Assembly: GCA_963726455.1 (NCBI GenBank)
Contig: CAVSCK010000005.1
Coordinates: 384,001-448,000, forward strand
Length of the DNA stretch: 64,000 bases
Direction of reading: 5' to 3'
DNA from: an uncultured bacterium
GTDB lineage: Bacteria > Zixibacteria > MSB-5A5 > CAIYYT01
Below are positions 10,930 through 21,379 of this stretch, piece after piece. Position 1 is the stretch's first letter, and the number at the start of each line of letters is the position of its first letter. The translations under genes and the position numbers were made by a program. Under the pieces are notes generated by a model. It ran no database searches and was not told the DNA's origin. It worked only from the letters and a program-made list of their open reading frames with translations.

Positions 10930-11727
10930 TCAGTCCAGCTCCAACCTCAGTGTTGTTTCATTTGACACGCGAATAATCGGATAGAAAAGACCGACGATGA
11001 TCCATGATTTTGGATATCTCTTTATCGTCCCCACAAAGAAGTGAAGATCATATTTTGGTGAACAGAGTTCATTGAATAATCTGTGTCTTACTTTGTCCAG
11101 AGCCTCTTGATCTGTCATGCAGCTGGCTCGACAATTCAAGTATAGGGCGCTCACTTCCCAATCCGAAACCATTGACTCGTGCCCTGTGCAGTTGGGACCA
11201 TTACACTCAAATCTGTATTTGAACTTGTATGGGATCTTCTCTAGTGGGAGGAGCTCCTTGAAAAGGTCTCCCTGAGCCCGTCTGGCGAGATGACTGCTCT
11301 TCCAATCGTGTTCGCTCTCTTCGACCATCAGGTCAAAGACTTTCTTCGGCTTTATTATACCTAGCGACGTGCCGTCCAGAGCCTGCTGCTCGCGCAAGTA
11401 CTCTAGAGATGGTGCAAGCTTCTTGAGGACATACCTCTTCCGTTCCTCCCACCCATTCGCGGTAGTCAGCGGCTTGCTAATCAGACGAATAGTATGCTGA
11501 TCGATCTTGTAGCTCTCCTTACGGTTATCAACGATGTCCTTTGAGATGTCCGCCTCGATCCATTGGTACCTGCGAAACTGCTTCTCGCGAGGTAATTTCC
11601 GGAAACTGATAGGGTACAGTCTTATGAGACTTCCGTCCTCTAATACCCCGCCGGTGCATACTGTTTCTTCGTACTTCTTTGATGGTTGTGGATATGTTTT
11701 TGCGAAAATTAGAATTCGCCTTTTCAT
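10930..11727 (-). CDS. Conserved hypothetical protein, partner of DUF488 protein
   Basis: 265 aa; KTYPxPSxKYxETVCTGG..IRLYP, RKESYK, SLGIIKP, PYKFKYRFEC..C.GH..DWE motifs; SD AGGAG. Confidence 0.75.
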   Translation of the reverse strand: MKRRILIFAKTYPQPSKKYEETVCTGGVLEDGSLIRLYPISFRKLPREKQFRRYQWIEADISKDIVDNRKESYKIDQHTIRLISKPLTTANGWEERKRYVLKKLAPSLEYLREQQALDGTSLGIIKPKKVFDLMVEESEHDWKSSHLARRAQGDLFKELLPLEKIPYKFKYRFECNGPNCTGHESMVSDWEVSALYLNCRASCMTDQEALDKVRHRLFNELCSPKYDLHFFVGTIKRYPKSWIIVGLFYPIIRVSNETTLRLELD

Positions 11728-11754
11728 CCCCGCTCCTTTTCTTTGAATCGTTAA

Positions 11755-12633
11755 CTAACGAAGGTCAATCACAGACAACCCCATTCTCTTGCGCAAGGTG
11801 TTTGCCAATACACCTCGATGACAACGTCTTGGATCCTTTTCTTGACACATAAGGACGGATGGCGTTCTTTCGATCATTCCAGCAATACTATCCAATTCCT
11901 CGGCAGCTTCGGAGAGAATCGACCGTTCATAGGTGATTAAGAGCCTGTTAACATCTTCGACCGAACGCAAATTCTTTCTTAAGTCCCCGGGGATTCCCAC
12001 CTTAGGCCTATGAATGTATCCAATTTTGGCCCGTCCACACCAATCAGCCAGATACTTCTGGTTGAATCCCCAATTTCTCGAAATTGGATTGAACCTAACA
12101 TCGATGACTTGGTAGATGCCACGTTGAATAAGCATGTTCAGAAACCCGTCCAGAGAGGTCTCCTCATAGCCAACTGTATATATTGCTGTTGGAGCCTTTT
12201 TCCGAACAATTCCCTCGCGTCTGTGTTCGCTTAGGACCGTATATTCTGGATACTTGCTGTAAACAAAATCGATGACCTCCCGATCAGATGAGTTCCGATT
12301 CGAGCCGACAATCCGAGTCAAAGCGTGCTTGATTTGAAGAGGAAGCTCTCTCACTTCCTGAAGACTGTCTTGACGCCGGTCAGAGAGTAATTCTACGGGA
12401 TCTGAATCAAACAGGAAGCCGCGCTCCGACAGTTTACTGACGTCTCTAAATGCCTCTATGGAATACGGTCCGAATTTGTAGGGAAAGAAATCATAGGTGA
12501 ACGCGAGTCTTCTCTCAAAATTCTGAGAGCTTAGCAGAAAGAGCTCTTTCGCGAGTCGTATACGTGAGGAGCTGCCGGCGTGTTCTAGAAGCAGGCCAAG
12601 AATGAGGCGTTGGGAGTTGTCAACTTGTGGCAT
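11755..12633 (-). CDS. DUF488 domain protein with N-terminal winged-helix (SocA/YwgA-like) domain
   Basis: C-terminal IYTVGYE, IDVRFNPISRNWGF, GIPGDLR, LMCQEKDPRRCHR; N-terminal KELFLL..YDFFPYKFGPYS..VYSKYP. Confidence 0.82.
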   Translation of the reverse strand: MPQVDNSQRLILGLLLEHAGSSSRIRLAKELFLLSSQNFERRLAFTYDFFPYKFGPYSIEAFRDVSKLSERGFLFDSDPVELLSDRRQDSLQEVRELPLQIKHALTRIVGSNRNSSDREVIDFVYSKYPEYTVLSEHRREGIVRKKAPTAIYTVGYEETSLDGFLNMLIQRGIYQVIDVRFNPISRNWGFNQKYLADWCGRAKIGYIHRPKVGIPGDLRKNLRSVEDVNRLLITYERSILSEAAEELDSIAGMIERTPSVLMCQEKDPRRCHRGVLANTLRKRMGLSVIDLR

Positions 12634-12677
12634 GGTAAACTACTTACGACTGTTGAACGGGTTCCACAATACTCAAG

Positions 12678-13319
12678 TTACAACTTCTTCCCGACCAGAT
12701 CAACGACACCATGCCAGTGCGGAGGGCCGTGCTGGGTGTCGTAGAAGTCGTACTCAGAGTAATGGATGATGCGCAGGTCGGAACAGAGTTTGAGTAATTC
12801 GCCGTAATCGTAGAGCGAATAGAAATTGCCGGACGAATCGAGGAAGACCCCCGGAGCAACTTCTTTGGATTTTTGTTTTCTCATCTTTAAGGAGGGATCG
12901 TCTATCGTAAACGCCGTGCAGACGAACAACCCGCCACGCTTGAGGCCTTGCACGATGCCGGAGATAACGCGTTTGGCCTCATCCTTCTTTATAAACTGAA
13001 ACAGATTGATGGCGGCAATCAGAGCGTAACGGTTCTTCGCGATCTTGTAATCGCGGACATCCTCGCAGACTGCATTCACGGTCAGATGGCGCGCTTCCGC
13101 CAGGCGCTCACATTTGAGCACGCCCGAATCGGCGGATTCGACTCCCGTGGAATCAAAGCCGACCGACGCCAGGTAGAGAACGTCGCGTCCCTCACCCATG
13201 CCAAGATCAAGCGCCTTGCCTTGCGGCGCGAGTTCGGCATAACGTTTGACCAACTCCGACGGCTGATCGCCCCAGTACAGGTCCTTGCTCTGATAAACGC
13301 TTTCGTAGTCCTTCGCCAT
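12678..13319 (-). CDS. Class I SAM-dependent methyltransferase (TehB-like)
   Basis: ALDLGMGEGRDVLYLA motif I, LKRGG, C-terminal HGPPHWH. Confidence 0.85.
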   Translation of the reverse strand: MAKDYESVYQSKDLYWGDQPSELVKRYAELAPQGKALDLGMGEGRDVLYLASVGFDSTGVESADSGVLKCERLAEARHLTVNAVCEDVRDYKIAKNRYALIAAINLFQFIKKDEAKRVISGIVQGLKRGGLFVCTAFTIDDPSLKMRKQKSKEVAPGVFLDSSGNFYSLYDYGELLKLCSDLRIIHYSEYDFYDTQHGPPHWHGVVDLVGKKL

Positions 13320-13438
13320 ACGCGGCAATGTAGCTGGTTTCACAGTACAGGTCAATCACGTTATCGCGAGTGAACCTGCGTCGATCATCCCTGTTGCCAA
13401 ACGCGCTAAGACAAAAGAGATTGAAGGTGAGAGACAAA

Positions 13439-14137
13439 ATGGGTACGCGGATTCTATTTCATTTTCACACCAACTGCTCCTATGACGCCCGCATTACGCC
13501 GGGCGCGGTGGTTGATTTTGCCGTGGCGAACAACATCGGCGTTCTGGCGCCGACCGATCACGACACGATTCGCGGGGCGCTGGAAGTAAGAAAACTGGCG
13601 TTCGATGAGGGAATCCGCACGATCATCGGCGCGGAGTACCTGTCGGATCGCGGGGACATTATCGGACTGTTTCTGGAAGAGGAAGTGATTGCGCGCGACG
13701 CAATTGGGATTATCAGGGAGATCAAGAATCAGGGTGGTTTGGTGATTTTGCCGCATCCGTTTCGTTCTCAAGCGCCGGGCGAGGAACTTCTGGAATACAT
13801 TGACGGAATCGAAGTGTTCAACGCCCGGCTGTCTGACGAACTCAACGAAGACGCGCGCAAGCTGGCGGAGCGCAAGTTGATTCCGCAATTTTACGGCGCC
13901 GACGCCCATTTGGAGCGGGAACTTGGTCTCGTGATCTGCGAGATTGAAGAGCAACCGGGGCGGTCGTTGCGCGAGGCTTTACTTTACGGGATGACTCCGA
14001 TAGTTGCGCAACAAACCAGCGTGGCAAGCATGTATCGCAGCCAGATGATCCGCGCGACGCATTTGCAGCGTCCCTGGCTTTGGTGCACGTCGTTTGCGGG
14101 CATGATCGGTTCGGGCTTGTTGCGAAAGAGACCATGA
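13439..14137 (+). CDS. PHP domain phosphoesterase
   Basis: HFHTNCSYD, TDHDT, GAE, PHPFR, IEVFNAR, GADAH metal-binding motifs. Confidence 0.88.
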   Translation: MGTRILFHFHTNCSYDARITPGAVVDFAVANNIGVLAPTDHDTIRGALEVRKLAFDEGIRTIIGAEYLSDRGDIIGLFLEEEVIARDAIGIIREIKNQGGLVILPHPFRSQAPGEELLEYIDGIEVFNARLSDELNEDARKLAERKLIPQFYGADAHLERELGLVICEIEEQPGRSLREALLYGMTPIVAQQTSVASMYRSQMIRATHLQRPWLWCTSFAGMIGSGLLRKRP

Positions 14138-14194
14138 ACAAGTCGAATTGCAGGCGAAGTGTCTGGGGGACTGTGTAACGGGGAGATTCAGGAT

Positions 14195-14764
14195 TCAGCT
14201 TTCGGGGCGGCGAGCATAAACCTCGTCGAATAATCGTTCAAGCGTGGGGTTTACTCCGCGCAGTCCATCAACAACCGCTCTTGCCCAATCGAAGTATTCC
14301 TGTTTGCGCGTAAGATTCCAACCGGATGGCGGGGTCTCCAAAATGTCACGCAGATTGCAGATCTTGTCGGCGAGTTTGACCAGCCGTGCTTCCAGACTGA
14401 GATTCGGAGCGTGCTCGATTTGCAGGCGTTTGCGATCGATTTTCGGCAGGCGACGATCGTCGGAGACTTCAACCACAATGTCTCTTACTTTCTCGCCGAA
14501 ACGCCGCGCGATGTCGTCGGCGGTAGTGTCGGTATCTTCGAGTGTGTCGTGTAAAATAGCGGCACAGAGAATCGCAGGTTCTGTGATTCCGGCCTCGTTA
14601 TACAACACATTGGCCAACTCAATCGGGTGATTGATATATGGCAAGGCCGAGTCACCTTTGCGCCTTTGATGCCGGTGTTTGTCGGCGGCAAAGACGAAGG
14701 CCTGTAAGATCAGGCCAAGTTCGCTGATGCGTTCGTCGACAAGTTTGATTTCGTGCGCTTTCAT
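14195..14764 (-). CDS. HD-domain (p)ppGpp hydrolase-like protein (small alarmone hydrolase/Mesh1-like)
   Basis: HRHQRRK..PYINHP, LHDTLEDT, VKLADKICNLRD. Confidence 0.9.
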   Translation of the reverse strand: MKAHEIKLVDERISELGLILQAFVFAADKHRHQRRKGDSALPYINHPIELANVLYNEAGITEPAILCAAILHDTLEDTDTTADDIARRFGEKVRDIVVEVSDDRRLPKIDRKRLQIEHAPNLSLEARLVKLADKICNLRDILETPPSGWNLTRKQEYFDWARAVVDGLRGVNPTLERLFDEVYARRPES

Positions 14765-14897
14765 TGCTGCAACAAACTCCCAAGATTCTCCGGGGCTCCG
14801 GCTATTTGGAATACCTCGAAACTGAGACCCGAATCAGTACCGGATGATTCCACGTTCATTACATATACGAAGTTAGAGCTTCCATGCGAAGATTCGA

Positions 14898-15674
14898 TTA
14901 TAGTTTCAGGAACGCCGCCAATTCGCGTTTGAATATCTCGGGCTTCTCCAGGTGAATCATGTGCCCGCAATCGGGTATCTCGAATAATGTTCCGTTGGTC
15001 AGTTGCGCATTGACCAGCTTGGCCAGAGGCAAAAAATCGAGATCCTCCCGGCCGCAAAGCACCAGCACCGGCTGGGTTATCTTGTCCAGCAACTTCAGAT
15101 CGCTTTCATCCATGTAGCGCGCCGCTTCAGGATCAGTCCAGACCTTGCCCGAGAAGTCGCGCAGGCATTCGAGAAACAATTCGCGTTCGGTAGAGCCCTT
15201 GGGCAAGCGTTCAAACAGACGGAAGCTTTCCCACTGAATCTTCGCCTGGTCGATATCGATGGTTCTAGCGGTGCGGTAGACATTGGGCCAGCCGGCATAA
15301 TCACGATAGCCGACCACGTGAGGCGCTTCCAGCACCATTGTCTTGACAAGCTCGGGATGTTGCAGCACAAACTTGACAGCTATAGCGCCACCGGCGGAGT
15401 GCGCGACCAGAGTCACTTTCTTGAATTCAAGTTCTTTGATCAGCCACTTGAGGTCGCTCATGTGATCGCGGTAAGAATATCCGGTGTCGGGTGCGAAACT
15501 TTGTCCGTGACCACGTTGATCGTAGGTGACAACCGCATACTTCGCGCTCAGAAACAGAGGCAGGTCTCCCCAGCAACGGCTGTCTAGCGCCACGCCGTGA
15601 ATCATGATCAGCGGTTCACCGCTGCCCTGTATCTGATAGAATATCTTCTTATCGTCTGCTTCCAGAAATGGCAT
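14898..15674 (-). CDS. Alpha/beta hydrolase
   Basis: IHG, YDQRGHGQS, AHSAGG nucleophile elbow, GREDLD, CGHMIHLEKP. Confidence 0.9.
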   Translation of the reverse strand: MPFLEADDKKIFYQIQGSGEPLIMIHGVALDSRCWGDLPLFLSAKYAVVTYDQRGHGQSFAPDTGYSYRDHMSDLKWLIKELEFKKVTLVAHSAGGAIAVKFVLQHPELVKTMVLEAPHVVGYRDYAGWPNVYRTARTIDIDQAKIQWESFRLFERLPKGSTERELFLECLRDFSGKVWTDPEAARYMDESDLKLLDKITQPVLVLCGREDLDFLPLAKLVNAQLTNGTLFEIPDCGHMIHLEKPEIFKRELAAFLKL

Positions 15675-15675
15675 A

Positions 15676-16830
15676 CTAACTCCGCTGATTGATTACCCGT
15701 CGTTCGAGATGTCCGCCGATGCGAGAAACCACTTCGTAATTGATGGTGTTGGCCCAGCCGGCGACGTCCTCGGCGCGAACTACTTCGTCACCCGACCTGC
15801 CGATTAGGACGACTTCCGATTCCAGATGGACGTCGGGGATATCGGTGACGTCGACCATAAAGATGTCCATACAAATTCTGCCGCGCACCGGCGCACGCAT
15901 GCCGTTGATCAGCACGTGGCCACAGTTTGACAATTGTCGGTCGTAACCGTCGAAGTAGCCGATGGGCAACACCGCAATTTTGAGATTCGCCGTCGCTCGG
16001 TACGTCGTGCCGTAACCGACGTACTCGCCCTTGCGGACGTCCTTGACCTGCGCCACCAAAGTCTTCCAAGTTAGGACCGGTTTGAGTATTTCGTTTTCTT
16101 TGCCCGATAAGCGATAGGACAGGTAGGTCTCTTTGGACGGCCAGAGACCATAAAGCGAAATGCCCACTCGCGCAAGGTTGAAATGCGTATGCGGAAACAA
16201 CAGCGATGCCGCTGATGACGCCATGTGATAATATTTCACCGGCAATTTAGTGGCTTCGATCATTTGCTTCATTTCAGTGTAGCGCTTGAATTGGAATTCC
16301 GCATAGGAGTGATTAGTCGTGTCTTCAATGTTGGCAAAATGGGTTGAGACGCCCACCAACTGCAATTGTGGCTTGTTCATGAAGAGCGAAAGAAACTCCG
16401 GAAGTTTCTCACGCGTGACGCCCTGACGATTGGTTCCGGTTTCGAGCTTGAGGTGGCATTTGGCGGGCGCTTCCGCAGACGCGACCTCGGCCAGCTTGGT
16501 GAGAGTTTCGAGGTTGTAAACCACGAAATCAAATCCGCTTTCGACTGTGGCTCTTAAGTCAGCCAACGGCACATATCCAAGAATCAAGATGTCGGACTTG
16601 ATGCCGCCCGCGCGCAGCAGAAATGCCTCCTCAAGATTGTGAACACCGATATAGGGGAAGCTTTTGCCGTCCAGTAGCCGGCCAATTTCCAGATAGCCGT
16701 GGCCATAGGCGTTCGCCTTGACTACAGGCACCATCGCACATCCGGGAGCCAGGTTTGCTTTGATCGCCGAAATGTTGTGTTCCAACGCGGCAGCGTCGAT
16801 TTCCAGCCAGCTTAGCGCCTTCGTCTTCAT
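15676..16830 (-). CDS. alr: Alanine racemase
   Basis: VVKANAYGHG PLP-lysine motif, HLKLETG, THFA, PIGYFDG, GRICMD, TINYE. Confidence 0.96.
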   Translation of the reverse strand: MKTKALSWLEIDAAALEHNISAIKANLAPGCAMVPVVKANAYGHGYLEIGRLLDGKSFPYIGVHNLEEAFLLRAGGIKSDILILGYVPLADLRATVESGFDFVVYNLETLTKLAEVASAEAPAKCHLKLETGTNRQGVTREKLPEFLSLFMNKPQLQLVGVSTHFANIEDTTNHSYAEFQFKRYTEMKQMIEATKLPVKYYHMASSAASLLFPHTHFNLARVGISLYGLWPSKETYLSYRLSGKENEILKPVLTWKTLVAQVKDVRKGEYVGYGTTYRATANLKIAVLPIGYFDGYDRQLSNCGHVLINGMRAPVRGRICMDIFMVDVTDIPDVHLESEVVLIGRSGDEVVRAEDVAGWANTINYEVVSRIGGHLERRVINQRS

Positions 16831-16900
16831 CGGAAATGATGTTATCACGTGAGACCGGCCAAGTCAACAATAAAGGGAGCAGGCGGCTTCGTAATGCTTG

Positions 16901-16929
16901 TTGACAGAGTTGAGAGAATGCTTTAAGCT
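16901..16929 (+). promoter_or_regulatory. Putative sigma70 promoter directly before nadC
   Basis: TTGACA-N17-TAAGCT ending 6 nt before the ATG at 16936. Confidence 0.55.
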
Positions 16930-16935
16930 GACATT

Positions 16936-17799
16936 ATGGAGGTATCTTCCGAGTATCTGATCGACATCGTCGACCGCGCCATGACCGAGGACGTGGAGGA
17001 AGGCGATATCACGACGATGGCGACAGTGCCCGCTGCCGCCAGAGGCCGCGCCGTGATCGTAGCCAAGCAGGACGGGGTCATATCGGGCCTTGATGTTGCC
17101 GCTCTGGTATTCTATCGCCTTGATCCTGATTCGGAATTTCTGACTGATTTGATTGAGGGTTCGCCGATCACCAAGGGCCAAGAGCTAATTACTATATCAG
17201 GTTTGTTGTCCTCACTGTTGACGGGTGAACGCACGGCACTGAATTTCCTGATGCAACTTTCCGGCATTGCGACGATGACATCGCGATTTGTCAGCGAAGT
17301 CAGCCATACCTCCTGCAAGATTCTCGACACGCGCAAGACCAGCCCCGGCCTGCGATTACTTGAGAAACGTGCCGTATCTTCCGGCGGCGGATTCAACCAT
17401 CGCATCGGGCTGTTTGACATGATACTGATCAAGAACAACCACGTCGATGCGGCCAGTTCTATCGAGCAGGCGATCCAGCGCGCGGTCGATTACAAGTCGA
17501 GGAATAATCTGATCGACATGAAAGTCGAAGTCGAAGCGCGAACACTCGATGAGGTCAAGCAGGCCGTGCATCTGCCCGTGGATCGCATCATGCTCGACAA
17601 CTTCACCATCATGGATTGTGCCAAAGCCGTGCAGGTCATTCGCGGAGTCAAGCCGGAAATGGAAATCGAGGCCTCCGGCAACATGAAGCTCGACAACGTC
17701 CGCGCTTACGCTGAAACCGGTGTGGATTTCGTTTCCGTCGGCGCAATCACACATTCAGCGGAGTGGTTGGATTTGTCGATGAGGATTCAGCCGCAGTAG
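16936..17799 (+). CDS. nadC: Nicotinate-nucleotide diphosphorylase (quinolinate phosphoribosyltransferase)
   Basis: GDITT, ERTALNFL, DTRKTSPG, NHRIGL, EVE, IMLDNF, EASG. Confidence 0.96.
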   Translation: MEVSSEYLIDIVDRAMTEDVEEGDITTMATVPAAARGRAVIVAKQDGVISGLDVAALVFYRLDPDSEFLTDLIEGSPITKGQELITISGLLSSLLTGERTALNFLMQLSGIATMTSRFVSEVSHTSCKILDTRKTSPGLRLLEKRAVSSGGGFNHRIGLFDMILIKNNHVDAASSIEQAIQRAVDYKSRNNLIDMKVEVEARTLDEVKQAVHLPVDRIMLDNFTIMDCAKAVQVIRGVKPEMEIEASGNMKLDNVRAYAETGVDFVSVGAITHSAEWLDLSMRIQPQ

Positions 17800-17837
17800 T
17801 CCGCGACGGAAAATTATCCCCCAGAGTATCGAGAAGG

Positions 17838-17860
17838 ATGCCCCACCACTTGCGGTGGGA
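17838..17860 (+). repeat. REP-like palindrome between convergent genes, second copy at 50517-50539
   Basis: ATGCCCCACCACTTGCGGTGGGA; its reverse complement matches 50517-50539 at 20/23. Confidence 0.65.
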
Positions 17861-17866
17861 AGTCTG

Positions 17867-18283
17867 TCAATGCGCGATCAGCTCGTACGTCAGCGCCTTT
17901 GTCGGGCAAAAATGGGCGCAAGCGGGGTCGCCACCACACAGGTCACATTTGATCACGACATTCTGCTGAGCATCAAACAGCGAGCAGCCGAACGGACAGG
18001 CCGCCACACACGCCATGCAGCGCACGCAGATTTCCGGATTGATTTCGTATGCGCCGGTCGCGTCGTTGAAATGAATCGCGTCGACGAGACATGATTTGAC
18101 GCAGGCGGGGTCTTCGCATTGCAGGCAGACAACGGGCACGAATAGTTCTTTATAGCCGCCGTCGAGCGGATAGATGCGGCTGCGACCGATCTTGCCATCT
18201 TTGGCATGAGTGAACGAGCAGGCCAACTCGCAGGTGCGGCAGCCGGTGCAGAGTGCCGGAGTTACGATGAAGCGCGAATTCAT
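17867..18283 (-). CDS. 4x[4Fe-4S] electron-transfer protein (DmsB/HydN/CooF/AOR small-subunit type)
   Basis: CTGCRTCELAC, CLQCEDPACVKSC, CVRCMACVAACP, KCDLCGGDPACAHFCP. Confidence 0.9.
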   Translation of the reverse strand: MNSRFIVTPALCTGCRTCELACSFTHAKDGKIGRSRIYPLDGGYKELFVPVVCLQCEDPACVKSCLVDAIHFNDATGAYEINPEICVRCMACVAACPFGCSLFDAQQNVVIKCDLCGGDPACAHFCPTKALTYELIAH

Positions 18284-19056
18284 TTCGGCACCTCCCGGCT
18301 CCAGACTGCAATTTTGCCGAGGTTCAACGCGGTTTGCTGGCGATGAGATTCGTCATTCAGCTCGAAATAGTCGGGCAGGACATTGCGATTCTTGCTTAAA
18401 TAAGCTGCGAAGTCTTTGGTGATGGTCGGCTGGCCGGTTCGGGCATCGCGGATTAGTTCGAATTTCTTGCCCCATATTTCGCGCGTGTTGCCGGCATCGG
18501 AATACTTGATGTAATTCGTGGGACAATTCAGCGCACAGGCCAGACAACCCACGCAATCAGCCGGCGGTTGTTTCAGCGGCGGCGCAATTTCCCGGCCGTG
18601 GCCACGACTGACGGCCGATATCGCCCCAAATCCCATGCGGTCACAAATGCGGGTGCAGAGTCCGCAGAGGATGCAGTCATTCGGCTCGGTTACTTCTTCG
18701 AAACTGGTTTTGGTCACGCCGTACTGAGCCGCCAAGTCCTGAATCTCAGGAGTGTTGGGACAGCGCGCGAGATAAAGATCGAGTATCGTTTTGCGAAGAT
18801 CGATCAACTCTGAGGTATGAGTCTGGATGATCAGGCCGTCGGCAACCGGGTAGAGGCAGGACGTGACCATATTCTTCCAGCCGCCCCAATCTGCCTTGGT
18901 AATCTCCACCATACAGAGGCGGCAGGCGCCGTAGGGCTCGACGGCTTCATGATGGCAGAGCGCCGGGATGTCGATCTTTTCGCGCCGCAAGACTGCCAGC
19001 AGCATTTCGCCTTCTTTGGCGCGTACCAATTTACCATTTATGACTACGGTTACCAT
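18280..19056 (-). CDS. NuoG/HydA N-terminal-like Fe-S protein without a catalytic domain
   Basis: IPALCHH..GACRLCMVE..TSC [2Fe-2S] ligands; CILCGLCTRIC and CVGCLACALNCP; only 258 aa. Confidence 0.85.
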   Translation of the reverse strand: MVTVVINGKLVRAKEGEMLLAVLRREKIDIPALCHHEAVEPYGACRLCMVEITKADWGGWKNMVTSCLYPVADGLIIQTHTSELIDLRKTILDLYLARCPNTPEIQDLAAQYGVTKTSFEEVTEPNDCILCGLCTRICDRMGFGAISAVSRGHGREIAPPLKQPPADCVGCLACALNCPTNYIKYSDAGNTREIWGKKFELIRDARTGQPTITKDFAAYLSKNRNVLPDYFELNDESHRQQTALNLGKIAVWSREVPK

Positions 19057-19065
19057 GAGCTTCTC

Positions 19066-20923
19066 CTACGACACCTCGATCGCATCATGCTTGCATACCG
19101 CCACGCAGGCGCCGCATTTTTCGCAGATATCCTGATCGATGTAATGCGGTTCTTTCTTTTTGCCGGTAATGGCATGATAGGCACAGGCGACGATACACGC
19201 CAGACAGCCGGTGCATTTGTCGGGAATGACTTTGAATGATATCAATGGTTTGCAGACCCCCGCCGGGCATTTTTTGTCGCGTATATGTGCAAGATATTCG
19301 TCTCGATAGTAATGCAACGTCGACAACAACGGATTCGGTCCGGACTTGCCCAAACCACAAAGCGAACCGACAACCACCTGTTGCGACAGCTTTTCCATTT
19401 TGTCCAAATCTTCTTCGGCGCCTTCGCCGTCACAAACTTTGACCGTTAGTTTGTGTAACTGATACAATCCCTCACGGCAGGGAACACACTTGCCGCATGA
19501 TTCGTTAACGAGGAACTGCAGGAAGTAGCGAGCGACATCGACCATACAGGTTTTGTCGTCCATCACGATCATGCCGCCAGAACCCATCATCGAACCGGCC
19601 TGGGTCAGCGAATCGAAATCAACCGGCAGATCAAGCTTTGACTCCGGCAAGCAGCCACCAGACGGCCCTCCCGTTTGCACGCCTTTGAAAGGCCGGCCAT
19701 CAATGATCCCGCCGCCGATGTCATAGATAATCTCACGCATCGTGGTTCCCATCGCCACTTCGATCAAGCCGGTGTTGCGTACTTTGCCGACCAGCGAGAA
19801 GACTTTGGTGCCAGTATTCTTGGGGACGCCGATTTGCCTGTACCAGTCGGCGCCGTGATTGATGATGACGGGCACGTTGGCGAAGGTTTCGACGTTGTTC
19901 AGAACCGTTGGTTCGTCGCGGAAACCTTTGACGACCGAGTGGATATACTTGGCGCGTGGTTCACCGACTTCACCGGCAACCGACTTCATCAATGCGGAGG
20001 ATTCGCCGCAGACAAACGCACCGGCGCCGCGGGCAATCCTGATTCTAAACGAGAAACTCAGTGCCGAGAATATTGTCACCCAACAGGCCATTCTTTTCGC
20101 AATCGGCGATCGCTTTTTCCAGATGAATTACTGCCAGCGGATATTCTTCACGAACATAGATGTAGCCCTGTTTGGCGCCGACCGCGAAGGCGCAGATCAT
20201 CATGCCTTCCAAGCACGGAGTGCGGATCGCCTTCCATGATGCTGCGGTCCATAAACGCGCCGGGATCGCCTTCGTCACCGTTGCAGATGACATAGTGCGT
20301 ATCCGATTTGACATTGCGGCAGGTGCGCCATTTCTTGCCGGCCGGAAAACCGCCACCACCCCGGCCGCGAAGTTCCGACTTGCTGATTTCGTCGATCACC
20401 TGATCGGGCGACATCGTGGTCAGCACTTTCGCCAGCGCTTTGTAGCCGTCGACGGCGATGTATTCTCTGATATCAAAGGGTGCGATCTTGCCTAGATTGC
20501 GCAGCGCAATACGCCGCTGATGCGAGAAGAACGGGACATCATGATAGCGTTCGATCTTCTGTTTATCCTTGGGGTTGGTAAAGAGCAGCTCGTTGATGAC
20601 ATCGTTACTTTCAATCGACTTGGCGATGATGTTGTCGACGTCCTTGGGCTTGACCTTGGTGTAGAAAGTGCCCTGCGGTTCGATTACCACCAGCGGACCT
20701 TGTTCGCAGAATCCATGACATCCGGTCTTCTTGACGGCCTCGATTGAGAAGTCCTTGACGGTTCTGCCGTCGAGATTCTTTCTCAAATGCCTCGACAATC
20801 TTCTGTGCGCCGTTGGCAAGACAGCCGGTACCGCAACAGACGATGACCGTCTTCTTGTGTTTGCTTTCGGATCTTCTTGTAGTCCTTCGCAAGCTGCTCA
20901 AGCTGTTGTGGATTGCTTATCAT
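19066..20923 (-). CDS. NuoF/HydB-like FMN/NADH-binding subunit (about four frameshifts)
   Basis: [66 protein letters not shown] and a C-terminal 2x[4Fe-4S] domain, split across frames near 20870, 20780, 20210 and 20052. Confidence 0.88.
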
Positions 20924-20926
20924 TGG

Positions 20927-21379
20927 CTAACCCTTCACCAGCTTGGTCGCCGTGTTGACCTTGACGCCGCCATGATATTTGTCGTTTACGATCACGACCG
21001 GAGCCATCGCACAAGCGCCGACACAGGCAACAACTTCGACGGTGAATTTCATGTCCGCAGACGTCTGCCCGGCCTTGAGTCCCAGTTCATGTTCAATCTG
21101 ATCTTGAATCTGCCGCGCGCCACGGATGTGGCAAGCGGTTCCGACGCAGATACGGACGACCTTTTCACCTTTGGGATTCAAGCTGAAGGCATTGTAGAAG
21201 GTCGCGACCGAAAAGACTTTGCTCAGTTTGACATTGAGCGCCTCGGAGGTCTGAATCAGCGCTTCGCAAGGGAGATAGCGATATTCACGCTGAATGTCCT
21301 GAAGAACCATGATGAGCGAAGAAGGATCTTGCGGATGGCGGGCGAAGATGTCCGGAAGCTTCGTGAAGTCGTGCGTCAA
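20927..21379 (-). CDS. NuoE/HydC-like [2Fe-2S] subunit
   Basis: VATFYNAF, CVGTACHIRGA, ACVGACAMAPV. Confidence 0.92.
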   Translation of the reverse strand: MTHDFTKLPDIFARHPQDPSSLIMVLQDIQREYRYLPCEALIQTSEALNVKLSKVFSVATFYNAFSLNPKGEKVVRICVGTACHIRGARQIQDQIEHELGLKAGQTSADMKFTVEVVACVGACAMAPVVIVNDKYHGGVKVNTATKLVKG

